Below are positions 12,084-24,523 of a stretch of DNA of 33,385 nucleotides, one piece after another. The translations under genes and the position numbers were made by a program. This DNA is from Chrysochromulina tobinii. Taxonomy: Eukaryota. The stretch lies in the NCBI GenBank assembly GCA_001275005.1, contig JWZX01002756.1, positions 1 through 33,385 on the forward strand, written 5' to 3'. How positions within the stretch are numbered: position 1 is the stretch's first letter; every line of letters begins with the position of its first letter. The notes under the pieces were generated by a model. That model made no database searches. It was given only the letters and a program-made list of their open reading frames with translations, and was not told the DNA's origin.

Positions 12084-12265
12084 GGGTATGTTAACCTCTC
12101 TAGTGTAAAAAAAACTCTAAATAGATTATATAACAATTTGTTTAAAGAACATGTTAAAAAATTCCTAAAAAGTGTTATAAACTAACATTAAGGAAATATT
12201 TTTACAAGTTTTTTGTTTGTAATACCTAATTTAATTATATTAAAGTTAAGGATCAAAAGAGTAGC

Positions 12266-12454
12266 ATGGTTAGCATTCTCCAAGTATTTGTTCTTCTTCT
12301 TATATTAGTGTCATTCGCGATGTTAGTCGCAGTACCCGTAATACTTGCAACTCCGGGCGAGTGGGAAAAGTCTCAAGGTATCGTTTGGAGTGGGGCAGGA
12401 CTTTGGTCCGCACTAGTAATTCTAACAGGAATTTTTAACGTTGTACCGGCGTAA
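12266..12454 (+). CDS. psbZ: Photosystem II protein Z (ycf9)
   Basis: 62 aa, two helices around [14 protein letters not shown]. Confidence 0.95.
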   Translation: MVSILQVFVLLLILVSFAMLVAVPVILATPGEWEKSQGIVWSGAGLWSALVILTGIFNVVPA

Positions 12455-12474
12455 TTTAACTTCTTAAGAGATTG

Positions 12475-12525
12475 AAAACTCTAACAGTAACACTAATTTC
12501 TAATTGGTGTTACTGTTAGAGTTTT
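12475..12525 (+). terminator. 24-bp hairpin 3' of psbZ
   Basis: AAAACTCTAACAGTAACACTAATT-tct-AATTGGTGTTACTGTTAGAGTTTT, with one U-G pair. Confidence 0.82.
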
Positions 12526-12615
12526 TTAAGTTTAAGTATTTAGGTTGAACACTAAGATTTAATAAAACGTAAGATTGAGCAATTTAAATTAATTAAAATC
12601 TGTTGGCACATAAAA

Positions 12616-12687
12616 CTCCCCAGGTAGGATTTGAACCTACGACAAACCGGTTAACAGCCGATCGCTCTACCCCTGAGCTACTGAGGA
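12616..12687 (-). tRNA. trnN: tRNA-Asn(GUU)
   Basis: TCCTCAGTAGCTCAG..., anticodon CT-GTT-AA. Confidence 0.96.
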
Positions 12688-12835
12688 AATGTTATTATAT
12701 ATCGTATTATACACATATAATTTTAGAGTTGTCTAGAGCTAAAAATACCAAATTTTGATTGCTTAATTTTCAAAAAGAAAAAAGCGTTAAGAAGACTATA
12801 ACTGAAAAATCTAAAAAACCTAAATTGTTGCATAA

Positions 12836-12907
12836 AGCGGGTGACGCGATTCGAACGCGCGACATCAACCTTGGCAAGGTTGCGCTCTACCCCTGAGCTA
12901 CACCCGC
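12836..12907 (-). tRNA. trnG: tRNA-Gly(GCC)
   Basis: GCGGGTG/CACCCGC acceptor, CAACC-TT-GCC-AA-GGTTG anticodon arm. Confidence 0.96.
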
Positions 12908-13416
12908 TTACATAAATTGTATATTAACATAGACTATAGTTTTTGACTAGTGATAGTTTAAAAGAGAAATACAAGATATATATATACCAATTTTAAAATG
13001 GTATTTTAATTGTAATAAGTAGTTATTGATAATTCCTTTTATTTCAGTAGGTTAAAACTTAAAATTTTTAGGTTAAAGCTATATAAATAACTGCTATTAG
13101 GGTTTTAGAAACGTTATTTCATTTTTATTTTTAACGGGTTTGGCATGATAATTTTTCATATAGAAATTCAGCCTATTTCTACAAATTTTCGAATAATATT
13201 TAAACTAGCTGGTAATTCTTTTCTACTTATTAAATTCGAAAAAATGCAAATTGATTCTATATAAAACAAGATAAACTTATGCCACGTTTTTCATATTTCA
13301 TAGTATACTTTTATCCAAGATAGTTGTATTAAATAAAAAGCTAAAAGCTTGAATTTACTTTTACTATATAAACAGCGTAAGAAAGTCAAAAAAAAATTAC
13401 AGGAGGAAAAACTTAA

Positions 13417-14946
13417 ATGGCACTACCATGGTATCGTGTACATACAGTAGTTCTTAACGACCCAGGTCGATTAATTGCTGTTCACCTAATGCACACATCA
13501 CTTGTTGCAGGTTGGGCAGGTTCAATGGCTTTATACGAGTTAGCAGTTTTTGATCCATCAGATCCAGTTTTAAACCCAATGTGGAGACAAGGTATGTTCG
13601 TAATGCCTTTTATGTCACGTCTTGGAGTGACTGATTCATGGGGTGGGTGGAGTATTACTGGAGAATCAGTATCGAACCCGGGTATTTGGAGTTATGAAGG
13701 TGTAGCACTAACACATATCGTACTTTCAGGTATGTGCTTCTTAGCAGCAATCTGGCACTGGGTATATTGGGATCTAGAATTATTCAGAGATCCTCGTACG
13801 GGGGAGCCTGCTCTAGACTTACCCAAAATTTTCGGTATTCACCTTTTCTTATCTAGTCTACTTTGTTTTGGATTCGGCGCATTCCATGTAACAGGAACTT
13901 TTGGTCCTGGTATTTGGGTGTCTGACGCATATGGTATAACTGGTCGCGTTCAAGCTGTAGCTCCTGCATGGGGTGCAGAAGGTTTTAACCCGTTTAACCC
14001 AGGTGGTATTGCATCTCACCACATTGCAGCAGGTATCCTAGGAATCCTAGCAGGTGTTTTCCACCTAACGATCCGCCCACCACAAAGGCTTTACAGAGCT
14101 CTTAGAATGGGTAACATCGAAACAGTACTTTCAAGTAGTATTGCAGCAGTATTCTTTGCAGCTTTTATTACTTCAGGTACAATGTGGTACGGTGCCGCAG
14201 CAACACCGATTGAGCTGTTTGGCCCTACTCGTTACCAGTGGGATAGTGGTTACTTCCAGCGGGAAATTGAAAGACGTGTAGAAACTTCGTTAAATGAAGG
14301 TCTTTCTCTAAGCCAAGCATGGTCAAGAATTCCTGACAAGCTTGCATTCTACGACTACATTGGTAACAACCCTGCTAAGGGTGGTTTATTCCGCGCGGGT
14401 CCAATGAACAAAGGTGATGGAATCGCGGAAGCTTGGCTTGGTCACCCGGTTTTCCAAGATAAAGAAGGTCGAGAGCTAACTGTAAGAAGAATGCCCGCTT
14501 TCTTCGAAACATTCCCTGTTATTCTAGTAGATAAAGACGGTATCGTTCGAGCGGATATTCCATTCAGACGTGCAGAATCAAAATACAGTATTGAACAAGT
14601 AGGTGTAAGTTGTAACTTTTACGGTGGTAAGCTTAATGGTCAAGTATTCACAGATGCTCCGACAGTTAAGAAATACGCGAGAAAAGCACAACTAGGAGAA
14701 GTTTTTGAATTTGATAGAACAACTCTAGAATCCGATGGTGTATTCAGAAGTAGCCCTCGCGGTTGGTACACGTTTGGACACGCTAACTTTGCTTTACTAT
14801 TCTTCCTTGGTCATTTATGGCACGGTGGTCGTACTCTATTTAGAGACGTATTTGCTGGTATTGGTACAGAAGTTCTTGAGCAAGTTGAATTCGGTGCTTT
14901 CCAAAAGCTTGGTGATAAAACTACTAAGAAACAAGGTATCGTATAA
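13417..14946 (+). CDS. psbB: Photosystem II CP47
   Basis: [19 protein letters not shown], 509 aa; AGGAGG ribosome-binding site at 13401-13406. Confidence 0.99.
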   Translation: MALPWYRVHTVVLNDPGRLIAVHLMHTSLVAGWAGSMALYELAVFDPSDPVLNPMWRQGMFVMPFMSRLGVTDSWGGWSITGESVSNPGIWSYEGVALTHIVLSGMCFLAAIWHWVYWDLELFRDPRTGEPALDLPKIFGIHLFLSSLLCFGFGAFHVTGTFGPGIWVSDAYGITGRVQAVAPAWGAEGFNPFNPGGIASHHIAAGILGILAGVFHLTIRPPQRLYRALRMGNIETVLSSSIAAVFFAAFITSGTMWYGAAATPIELFGPTRYQWDSGYFQREIERRVETSLNEGLSLSQAWSRIPDKLAFYDYIGNNPAKGGLFRAGPMNKGDGIAEAWLGHPVFQDKEGRELTVRRMPAFFETFPVILVDKDGIVRADIPFRRAESKYSIEQVGVSCNFYGGKLNGQVFTDAPTVKKYARKAQLGEVFEFDRTTLESDGVFRSSPRGWYTFGHANFALLFFLGHLWHGGRTLFRDVFAGIGTEVLEQVEFGAFQKLGDKTTKKQGIV

Positions 14947-14990
14947 CAAAAAATCTAAATTTATTTTTATTAGTTTATTTAATTTAAAAA

Positions 14991-15089
14991 ATGGAAGCAC
15001 TAGTATACACTTTTCCGCTAATAGGGACTCTAGTTGTAATTTTCTTTGCAATATTCTTTAGAGATCCGCCTAGAATTGTCAAAAAGTAA
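14991..15089 (+). CDS. psbT: Photosystem II protein T
   Basis: Manual translation [32 protein letters not shown]; lies in the psbB-T-N-H cluster. Confidence 0.96.
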   Translation: MEALVYTFPLIGTLVVIFFAIFFRDPPRIVKK

Positions 15090-15111
15090 GAACGCTTTTA
15101 TATAAATTAAG

Positions 15112-15142
15112 AAAATCATTCGTTTTTTAAACGAATGATTTT
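15112..15142. terminator. 14-bp hairpin between convergent psbT and psbN
   Basis: AAAATCATTCGTTT-ttt-AAACGAATGATTTT. Confidence 0.78.
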
Positions 15143-15157
15143 TCTGGTATATTTTTA

Positions 15158-15289
15158 TTAATCTTCGTGCTCTTCGAACGGATCTCGCAGTTCTTTGGAT
15201 ACTGGTCCAAACGCTGTGTAAACTGAATAACCTGTGATTCCCAAAAGAAGGCCGGAAATAAAAATACTTAAAATAGTTGCGGTTTCCAT
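15158..15289 (-). CDS. psbN: PsbN (PSII assembly factor)
   Basis: Manual translation [43 protein letters not shown] (43 aa). Confidence 0.97.
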   Translation of the reverse strand: METATILSIFISGLLLGITGYSVYTAFGPVSKELRDPFEEHED

Positions 15290-15313
15290 ATATAAACTAG
15301 CTGTTCTATAAAA

Positions 15314-15343
15314 TTGAAAAAAAAACAAAAATTTGCCTATAAT
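15314..15343 (+). promoter_or_regulatory. Candidate psbH promoter
   Basis: TTGAAA, 18-nt spacer, TATAAT; the AT-rich context weakens the call. Confidence 0.4.
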
Positions 15344-15400
15344 ATATATTATGGATCAGATTTTTTATTTGTACTATTAAATTCTTTTTAACTTAAAATT

Positions 15401-15598
15401 ATGGCATTAAGAACAAGATTAGGTGAAATCTTAAGACCGCTTAACTCTGAATACGGTAAGGTTGCACCAGGATGGGGTACTACACCTGTAATGGGAGTTT
15501 TTATGGCCCTATTCTTAGTATTTTTAGTTATCATTTTACAAATCTATAACTCTTCAATCATTTTAGAGAACGTTGATGTAGATTGGGTAACTACATAA
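15401..15598 (+). CDS. psbH: Photosystem II protein H
   Basis: [22 protein letters not shown]. Confidence 0.98.
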   Translation: MALRTRLGEILRPLNSEYGKVAPGWGTTPVMGVFMALFLVFLVIILQIYNSSIILENVDVDWVTT

Positions 15599-15609
15599 AC
15601 CTAAAATAC

Positions 15610-15657
15610 AGTAAAGTACTAATATTATATATAATTTTGTAATATCAGTACTTTACT
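15610..15657. terminator. Imperfect hairpin 3' of psbH
   Basis: AGTAAAGTACT-a-ATATTAT...GTAATAT-c-AGTACTTTACT. Confidence 0.65.
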
Positions 15658-15704
15658 TTATTTCTAATTTCATATATTATTTAAGAACAAGACATTTTCT
15701 TAGC

Positions 15705-15787
15705 GCGGACGTGGCGAAATTGGTAGACGCACTAGATTTAGGTTCTAGCGAGCACCCCTCATGAGAGTTCGAGTCTCTCCGTCCGCA
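15705..15787 (+). tRNA. trnL: tRNA-Leu(UAG)
   Basis: GCGGACG/CGTCCGC acceptor, CTAGA-TT-TAG-GT-TCTAG anticodon arm, long variable arm. Confidence 0.95.
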
Positions 15788-15852
15788 ATATAGCAAGATA
15801 GTTTCCAAAAACTATCGTATCAGATCTTATGGTGTCAAACTTAAGTTATAAG

Positions 15853-15900
15853 TATAAAAATATGAGAAGCCTTTATTTAAAGGTTTCTCATATTTTTATA
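15853..15900. terminator. 22-bp hairpin between convergent trnL and psb30
   Basis: TATAAAAATATGAGAAGCCTTT-attt-AAAGGTTTCTCATATTTTTATA, with one G-U pair on the plus strand. Confidence 0.82.
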
Positions 15901-15917
15901 TTCTTTGCAGATATTTT

Positions 15918-16022
15918 CTAAAGGTTACCACGCTTAAAGTACAGAAGAAAAATAATAGCTGGTCCCGAAAGAACAACTAATGCTAGTGAAAAAAGCTGGG
16001 CAATTACGTTCCAGTTAATCAT
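15918..16022 (-). CDS. ycf12: Photosystem II Psb30 (ycf12)
   Basis: Manual translation [34 protein letters not shown] (34 aa). Confidence 0.94.
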   Translation of the reverse strand: MINWNVIAQLFSLALVVLSGPAIIFLLYFKRGNL

Positions 16023-16055
16023 ATTTATAAATAACTTGTAAGTAAATAAATGTTT

Positions 16056-16346
<291 letters not shown>

Positions 16347-16412
16347 TTATAACTAAATTTACTAAAAATTTTTGTACTAAATTAGAATGTTAGTATACTA
16401 GATAACACAAAG

Positions 16413-16496
16413 TGGGGGTAGAGGGACTTGAACCCTCACGACCGATTAGATCAACAGATTTTAAGTCTGTTGTGTCTACCATTCCACCATACCCCC
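16413..16496 (-). tRNA. trnL: tRNA-Leu(UAA), no group I intron
   Basis: GGGGGTA/TACCCCC acceptor; ACAGA-CT-TAA-AA-TCTGT is contiguous. Confidence 0.95.
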
Positions 16497-16510
16497 GAAA
16501 CTTATTATTA

Positions 16511-16581
16511 AGGCGACACCCAGATTCGAACTGGGGGTAGAGGATTTGCAATCCACGGCCTTACCACTTGGCTATATCGCC
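16511..16581 (-). tRNA. trnC: tRNA-Cys(GCA)
   Basis: GGCGATATAGCCAAGTGGTAAGGC..., anticodon TT-GCA-AA, U discriminator. Confidence 0.94.
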
Positions 16582-16740
16582 TTACTAAAACTTTCTTACA
16601 ATAAGATTCTACTTTTAAAATAAAAATTTGCAAATAGCAAATTTTAATATTTACGAAAATAAATTTTTATTTAAAATAATCTAAAAATTTATTATATAAT
16701 GAGATAATATACATGGGAAATATTGATAACAACGTTTTAA

Positions 16741-17616
16741 ATGGTTGCAAATTTACAAGAAGAGTATAACAAAACTAATATTCAAGATATTATTGATCAA
16801 TTAGAAAATGATCTTGTGGGTCTTGTTCCTGTAAAAAGGCGTATTAAAGAAATTGCAGCATTGCTGCTAGTACAGCGACTTAGAAAAAATTTAGGTCTAG
16901 GATTGAATAGTTCCGCTGTAGGTTTACATATGTCATTTACTGGTAGTCCGGGGACAGGAAAGACCGAAGTAGCCACTCGAATGGCGGACATTCTTTTTAA
17001 ACTAGGATATATTCGTAAAGGGCACTTAATTACTGTTACACGTGATGATTTAGTGGGTCAATATATTGGGCATACAGCACCTAAAACTAAAGAAGTCTTA
17101 AAACAAGCAATGGGCGGCGTACTATTCATTGATGAAGCTTATTATTTATATAAGCCAGACAATGAAAGGGATTATGGATCTGAAGCCATTGAAATTCTTC
17201 TGCAAGTTATGGAAAATCAACGTGAGGACTTAGTTGTTATTCTTGCGGGTTACAAAGAGCGTATGGACACGTTCTACGAGTCTAACCCTGGACTGTCCTC
17301 ACGAGTAGCAAATCATATTGAATTTCCTGATTATACACCACAGGAATTGATTTTAATTGGCCGTATGATCCTTCAGGAGCAACAGTATAAAATGACTCAA
17401 GAAGCGGAGTTAGCTCTTTTAGAATACATTACTAAGAGAAGTCAAATGCCTCTTTTTGCTAATGCAAGAACGATCAGCAATGCGATTGATACCGCACGTA
17501 TGAAACATGCCAATCGTATGTTTAACTCTGGTGATAGAGTTTTAACAAAATCGGACCTGGTAACAATTGAGGTGGAAGATATTAGACAAAGTAGTCTTTT
17601 CTCAGAAGTATTATGA
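16741..17616 (+). CDS. cbbX: Red-type Rubisco activase CbbX (CfxQ)
   Basis: [53 protein letters not shown]. Confidence 0.97.
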   Translation: MVANLQEEYNKTNIQDIIDQLENDLVGLVPVKRRIKEIAALLLVQRLRKNLGLGLNSSAVGLHMSFTGSPGTGKTEVATRMADILFKLGYIRKGHLITVTRDDLVGQYIGHTAPKTKEVLKQAMGGVLFIDEAYYLYKPDNERDYGSEAIEILLQVMENQREDLVVILAGYKERMDTFYESNPGLSSRVANHIEFPDYTPQELILIGRMILQEQQYKMTQEAELALLEYITKRSQMPLFANARTISNAIDTARMKHANRMFNSGDRVLTKSDLVTIEVEDIRQSSLFSEVL

Positions 17617-17669
17617 TAAAGTCTTCTTAGTATTAATTTATATTTTATAAAAAAAGATTTAAAATAATC

Positions 17670-17783
17670 ATGGTTGAAGTATTACTTTCAGGTATCGTAT
17701 TAGGACTAGTACCTTGTACAATTTTAGGCTTATTCGTTGCAGCGTATTTACAATACCGTCGTGGAAACCAATTTGGTTTATAA
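17670..17783 (+). CDS. petG: Cytochrome b6f subunit PetG
   Basis: Manual translation [37 protein letters not shown] (37 aa). Confidence 0.97.
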   Translation: MVEVLLSGIVLGLVPCTILGLFVAAYLQYRRGNQFGL

Positions 17784-17814
17784 GTATACACAAGCTAAGT
17801 AATTTAGCTATCTC

Positions 17815-17864
17815 GTAATTATTACGAACTTTATATTCTCGTTGATTAGGTTCGTAATAATTAC
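17815..17864 (+). terminator. 17-bp hairpin 3' of petG
   Basis: GTAATTATTACGAACTT...AGGTTCGTAATAATTAC, with one U-G pair. Confidence 0.75.
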
Positions 17865-18086
17865 AAATTATTAAGGGTAATCCTTAAAAACCCCCAATAT
17901 TAAGGAAATACATACCAAGAATTCTGTTTTAAAAATTTAAAGGTTTTAGCAAGATTGCACAAATTTTCTTTCATTGAGAAAATTATTTTTACTTTAAAAA
18001 AAAAATTGAACGAGATGTGTTATTATTTAAACATAAGTAACTTTTTACTTTAACAAGCAGAATTAAAAAATTAAAGAATTATAAGG

Positions 18087-18470
18087 ATGTCTCATTTTAC
18101 AAGTATTAAGACAAAACTTTACGATAGAGAAACGATAGAGAAAAGTCTTTCGGATCTTAATATCAAGTGGGAGACGGAAATTAATAAGGTTAGAGGTTAT
18201 AACAATCAAGAGGAACTTGCTGAAATCGTTATTAAACAAAAAAATAACCATGATATTGGTTTCAAATGGAATGGTAAAGAATATGAATTAGTAACTGATC
18301 TTATGTTTTGGGATCAAAAATATTCCGTAAATAAGTTCTTAAACCAAGTTAATCAACGTTATGCATTTAACTTAATTACAAAAGTAAGTGAAGAGCAGAG
18401 CTTCCAATATGTAGAAGCGGAAAACCTGCAGGATGGTTCAATTAGACTTTTACTTAGAAAGTTTAAATAA
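18087..18470 (+). CDS. ycf35: Conserved plastid protein Ycf35
   Basis: MSHFTSIKTK, DIGFKWNGKEYELVTDLMFW, DGSIRL; 127 aa. Confidence 0.93.
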   Translation: MSHFTSIKTKLYDRETIEKSLSDLNIKWETEINKVRGYNNQEELAEIVIKQKNNHDIGFKWNGKEYELVTDLMFWDQKYSVNKFLNQVNQRYAFNLITKVSEEQSFQYVEAENLQDGSIRLLLRKFK

Positions 18471-18500
18471 ACTTAGACAGTTACCTTTACTCTCTTACGA

Positions 18501-18540
18501 AAAAAGCAATTGTTTTACTTTAAGTAAAACATTGCTTTTT
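18501..18540. terminator. Hairpin between convergent ycf35 and secA
   Basis: AAAAAGCAAT-t-GTTTTACT...AGTAAAAC-ATTGCTTTTT, with a 1-nt bulge. Confidence 0.78.
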
Positions 18541-18574
18541 AATTGTCCTTTACTACTTTAGCAACCCCCTTATA

Positions 18575-21193
18575 CTACTGAAGAATTATTTTGGAACTAA
18601 AAACAAAATAAACGACCCTATGTCTTATTTCCGCTAGCATAATTGTGTAATAGTTAAAAGCTTCTTTTTTGTACTCCGTTAACGGGTTTTTTTGTCCATA
18701 CGCTCTCCATCTGATGGAATCTCGCAAGAAAGCAATTTTCTGTAAATGCTCTTTCCATGAATAATCAATATGTTGTAAAATAAAAGATTTTTCCAATTCT
18801 CTTAAAAGACCTTTTTCAATAGATTCCATCTCTAGCTCTTTTAAATCATATGTAATTTGAACTTGCTGTTGTAGGAACTCTAATGATGATTTTGAATCCG
18901 ATTCTTCAATAGAACTTTGGAATGTACAAATTTTGAAGGGAAGCCCTAACAAATTTTGTAGTTTCATTTGTAAGTTATTTTTAACTTGTTCGTCATTATT
19001 TTGCCCTAAACATAGAAAAAGATCATATAAACTCCTATCAGCATAATCCAAAACCCAATTGCGTAGGTTATCTTGCTGTAAAATACGTTTCCTTTCTTGA
19101 TATACGCAATTACGTTGTACATTAAGAGCTTCATCATATTCAAAGAGTTGCTTTCTTGTATCAAAGTAATAAGCTTCTACTTTTTTTTGCGCAGATTCTA
19201 AGCTTCTATTTAGCAACGAAGACTCTATTGGAGTATCGTCTTGAAAACCCATATTTTGCATTAGACCTAAGATTTGATCCCCACCAAAAATCCTTAATAA
19301 CTTATCCTCTAGACTAAGGAAAAAGCGCGAAGAGCCTGGATCTCCTTGGCGGCCTGCTCGGCCACGAAGTTGATTATCAATCCGACGCGATTCATGTCTC
19401 TCAGTACCTATCACATGTAACCCACCTAAATCTTTAATTAGGCGTCTTTCTTGTTCTGAATTTATTTCTTTTAGTTGAAGCAGACGCTTATATAGCTCTA
19501 AGAATTTTTTCTCCTCTACACTTTGGTACGCTTCCAACTCTAAAATTGGCTTTTCTATTAATGTGTTAATTTTTGATTGTAAGTTGTTTTGTTCGTTTAA
19601 CATTTCAAAACTCTCAAAACAACTTAACTCCTCAGGTTTCAAACTTTCGGCTTGATTATTGAAATATTTTTTAAGTAAAGATTGTGTTAATAGTTTAGGA
19701 TTCCCTCCCAAAACAATATCTGTTCCACGTCCTGCCATATTTGTTGCAATTGTCACAGCTTTTTGGCACCCCGCTAACGCAACAATTAAAGATTCGGACT
19801 CGACATTCTCTGGTTTAGCATTTAAAAGCTGATAAGGTATTCCATATTCACTTAATAAAGCAGCCAATAACTCTGATTTTTCTATTGTAGTGGTACCTAC
19901 TAAGACAGGTCTCCCGATTTTATGCATTTCAACGCATTCTTCCGCAATCGACCTCCATTTTTGGTATTGATTTTTATAAATCAAATCTGATAAGTCCTTT
20001 CTCATAATCGGTTTATTTGTTGGGACAGGAACAACATTAAGATTATAAATTTTTTCAAACTCCCCTTCTTCCGTTTTGGCAGTTCCGGTCATACCAGATA
20101 ATATTTCATATAAAAGAAACAAATTTTGGTATGTTATCGATGCAAGTGTTTGACTTTCGTCTTTAATAGGTACACCTTCTTTTGCTTCTACTGCTTGATG
20201 TAAACCATCGCTCCAACGGCGACCCTGCATTGTTCTCCCAGTAAATTCATCAACAATAACAATTTCGTTATTCTCATCAATAATATAATTTTTATCTTTT
20301 TGAAATAATTCTTTTGCTTTTACAGAATTTAAAATATAAGACATCCAAGGGTCGGCAGGGTTATAAAGATCTCCGATGCCTAATGCTTGTTCACATAAAG
20401 AAACGCCTGTAGAATTTAATGTAGCTGTTTGCGCTTTTTCATCAACCTTGTAATGAACATCAGGTTTTAAAACTGTGGCTAGTTTCGCTGTTTGAATATA
20501 CTTTTCTGTAGGCGCCTCATTAGCACCCGAAATTATAAGGGGTGTTCTTGCCTCATCAATTAATACGGAATCGACTTCATCAATAAGACAATAAAAGAAA
20601 GGGCGTTGCACAAGTTCCTCTGCCTGAAAAGCCATATTATCTCGTAAATAATCAAACCCTAATTCGTTATTTGTTACATACACCACATCGCACTGATAGT
20701 TTTCCTTTTTTTGTTGGGGCGTCATCTCTTCTTGTATTAACCCAACGGTTAAACCTAAAAAACGGTGTACTTGCCCGACATATTCTGCATCACGTTTTGC
20801 TAAATAATCGTTTACAGTAATTACATGTGTTCCTTTACCGTATAACGCATAAAAAAATGTAGGAAGTAAAGCTACTAAAGTTTTACCCTCACCCGTTTTC
20901 ATTTCAGCGATTTTACCTTCAGTAAGTACTAGACCACCAATTAATTGTACATCAAAATGACGCAGGCCTAAAATACGATCACTAGCTTCGCGAACTAATG
21001 CAAAAGCTTCATTGATAATTACAGGTTTAGGTTCTCCCGATTGCAAACGTTTTTTTAATTCTTTTGACCTTTCTTGCAATTGGTAGTCCGTAAAAGTTTT
21101 AAACAGGTTACCTATTTCAGTTATCTGACGGATTTGGGAATTATATTTTGCTAAAATTTGCTGTGAGGGGTTTTGAAAAAGGGTTTCCAGCAT
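18575..21193 (-). CDS. secA: Preprotein translocase ATPase SecA
   Basis: 872 aa; EMKTGEGKT, DEVDSVLIDEARTPLIISG, TNMAGRGTDI, RRIDNQLRGRAGRQGDPG. Confidence 0.98.
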   Translation of the reverse strand: MLETLFQNPSQQILAKYNSQIRQITEIGNLFKTFTDYQLQERSKELKKRLQSGEPKPVIINEAFALVREASDRILGLRHFDVQLIGGLVLTEGKIAEMKTGEGKTLVALLPTFFYALYGKGTHVITVNDYLAKRDAEYVGQVHRFLGLTVGLIQEEMTPQQKKENYQCDVVYVTNNELGFDYLRDNMAFQAEELVQRPFFYCLIDEVDSVLIDEARTPLIISGANEAPTEKYIQTAKLATVLKPDVHYKVDEKAQTATLNSTGVSLCEQALGIGDLYNPADPWMSYILNSVKAKELFQKDKNYIIDENNEIVIVDEFTGRTMQGRRWSDGLHQAVEAKEGVPIKDESQTLASITYQNLFLLYEILSGMTGTAKTEEGEFEKIYNLNVVPVPTNKPIMRKDLSDLIYKNQYQKWRSIAEECVEMHKIGRPVLVGTTTIEKSELLAALLSEYGIPYQLLNAKPENVESESLIVALAGCQKAVTIATNMAGRGTDIVLGGNPKLLTQSLLKKYFNNQAESLKPEELSCFESFEMLNEQNNLQSKINTLIEKPILELEAYQSVEEKKFLELYKRLLQLKEINSEQERRLIKDLGGLHVIGTERHESRRIDNQLRGRAGRQGDPGSSRFFLSLEDKLLRIFGGDQILGLMQNMGFQDDTPIESSLLNRSLESAQKKVEAYYFDTRKQLFEYDEALNVQRNCVYQERKRILQQDNLRNWVLDYADRSLYDLFLCLGQNNDEQVKNNLQMKLQNLLGLPFKICTFQSSIEESDSKSSLEFLQQQVQITYDLKELEMESIEKGLLRELEKSFILQHIDYSWKEHLQKIAFLRDSIRWRAYGQKNPLTEYKKEAFNYYTIMLAEIRHRVVYFVFSSKIILQ

Positions 21194-21469
21194 AGGTGAA
21201 GAGTTTTCTTAAAAATAATGTAAATTCCTTGAGGTTTATGAATGGAGAGTACTAAAAACCCGTTAACATATACTTATTTATAGGGTTTTTAAGAGGGCAT
21301 ACCCCAGTTTAAACTACCTTTAGATTAAAGGTTGATAAATAAAACAGACCTAACATTTGAAGGCATATAAATTTAGTTATTTATTAGCCCTATACTAAAT
21401 AAATTATACTATCCTTAGTAGAAATCTATTTTATATTTTATAATATATATATAAGACTAATTCGGGGAT

Positions 21470-21541
21470 TGGGTCAACTGGGACTCGAACCCAGAACAAT
21501 TCGGTTAAAAGCCGAGTACTCTACCATTGAGTTATTGACCC
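21470..21541 (-). tRNA. trnK: tRNA-Lys(UUU)
   Basis: GGGTCAA/TTGACCC acceptor, anticodon CT-TTT-AA, no intron. Confidence 0.95.
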
Positions 21542-21859
21542 TCAACGTAACATTAGTTTACAAAAAGAGTTCGTATTTGACTATCTAAAATTACTAAAAA
21601 GTTTAATTTAAAGTACTTAAAACTATAACAAAATTCGACAAGATCGAAGTTTGGATTAGCGAACGAAACGAAAACTTCTTAAACTCTATTATTAAAATCT
21701 GTAAAATTACAAAATCCTTCGTTAATAAACGGAACTCCGTTTAATTTTTTTAAGATCCTATAACAAACCCCAAAACATTATTTTGTGTAGAGACCTGTTA
21801 GGGTATTTTTAATAGTTTGCAAAAAAAAATCCTTTTGTTAATATTAAATTGTAATTTCA

Positions 21860-21933
21860 GGCTCAGTAGCTCAGTTGGTTAGAGCAGGGGACTCATAAGC
21901 CCAAGGTCGCAGGTTCAAGTCCAGCCTGAGCCA
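21860..21933 (+). tRNA. trnM: tRNA-Met(CAU), probably elongator
   Basis: GGCTCAG/CTGAGCC acceptor with paired G1-C72 (not initiator-like); anticodon CT-CAT-AA. Confidence 0.88.
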
Positions 21934-22006
21934 GATTAAAAACTAGATTACAAGTGTTTATATAACTCTTGTTTATATTATATAAAGAGTCATTATCAAA
22001 TAATAA

Positions 22007-23629
<1,623 letters not shown>

Positions 23630-23674
23630 ACAATTAGTCTCATTCACATAATTTCATAAGTTCTTTTTAATTTT

Positions 23675-24448
23675 ATGATTCTTAGCGAACAAAAACAACA
23701 ACGACGAAATCGTTTAAGCATTATAAAAATGCTGGATACTGAAGGGGATGAAATGGCTCTTTCTGAACATATCGAAGAATTTAGTCAGCGAATTGTTTTT
23801 TGTATACTAAACTTAATTCTGTCTACACTTTTATGCTTTTCAAATGTTAAGGACATTGTAAAAGTTTTTCAAGCACCCGCAATAGGTGTAAAATTTTTAC
23901 AATTTGCACCCGGAGAATACTTTTTTGCCTCTTTTAAAATAGCATTATTTTCGGGCATTTTAATTAGCAGCCCAATTATTCTTTACCAGGTATTACTTTA
24001 TTTAATACCGGGTTTAACTAAAAACGAACGAAACATTATACTTCCAGTAAGTTTAGGATCTGGCGTATTGTTTTTTTGTGGGCTTCTATTTTCTTATTTT
24101 TTTTTAGTCCCTGCAGCACTAAATTTTTTTATCTCCTACGGATCAGAAGTTGTTGAACCATTCTGGTCGTTTGACCAGTATTTTGATTTTATTGCTGTAT
24201 TAATGTTTGCTACAGGACTTTCATTTCAAGTACCTGCAATACAAGTTGTTTTAGGTTTGTTAGGAATCGTTTCTGGTAAAACCATGCTCTCGTATTGGAA
24301 ATACGTTATTGTAAGTTGCACCATTATAGCGGCTATTATTACACCCTCAACGGATCCAATAACACAATTATTAATGTCCACCGCTTTATTAACATTATAC
24401 TTAGGTGGCTCTGGTTTTGTTATCTTACTTAAAAAAGAAGTTCTCTAG
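23675..24448 (+). CDS. tatC: Tat translocase TatC (ycf43)
   Basis: LSEHIEEFSQR, APGEYFF, AAIITPSTDPITQ; multi-pass membrane protein upstream of petA. Confidence 0.95.
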   Translation: MILSEQKQQRRNRLSIIKMLDTEGDEMALSEHIEEFSQRIVFCILNLILSTLLCFSNVKDIVKVFQAPAIGVKFLQFAPGEYFFASFKIALFSGILISSPIILYQVLLYLIPGLTKNERNIILPVSLGSGVLFFCGLLFSYFFLVPAALNFFISYGSEVVEPFWSFDQYFDFIAVLMFATGLSFQVPAIQVVLGLLGIVSGKTMLSYWKYVIVSCTIIAAIITPSTDPITQLLMSTALLTLYLGGSGFVILLKKEVL

Positions 24449-24523
24449 ATTAATGCGTAGGTATGAAGTAGTATATTTAGTGTATAATAAAACAATGTAC
24501 TAAAAATTAAAATTTCTATAAAA

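Noticed and set aside
12908..13416. 509-nt spacer upstream of psbB, and spacers 319-711, 17865-18086, 21194-21469, 21542-21859, 31019-31236, as hidden ncRNA (ssrA, ffs, rnpB), replication origin or small genes
   Set aside because: I found no tmRNA ends, SRP loop, RNase P motif or recognisable small ORF by eye. A covariance-model search (Infernal/Rfam) would be needed to exclude them fully.
15829..15839. 11-mer ATGGTGTCAAA also at 30942-30952; both precede hairpins and read TTGACA on the minus strand
   Set aside because: Only two copies with poor -10 partners; compatible with chance.
16413..16543. 12-mer TGGGGGTAGAGG shared by adjacent trnL(UAA) and trnC, resembling an integration-site duplication
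   Set aside because: Both copies are structural parts of intact tRNAs, with no inserted DNA or integrase nearby.
16713..16769. Out-of-frame upstream ATG overlapping the cbbX start (18-codon uORF or another frameshift)
   Set aside because: CbbX from 16741 is of normal length, and short ORFs like this are expected by chance.
19750..20860. SecA motif deviations (FFYAL vs LNAL, YEILSG vs KLSG, VALAG vs AQAG) as further lesions
   Set aside because: This SecA is divergent throughout and two of the three need two base changes, so they cannot be separated from lineage divergence without an alignment.
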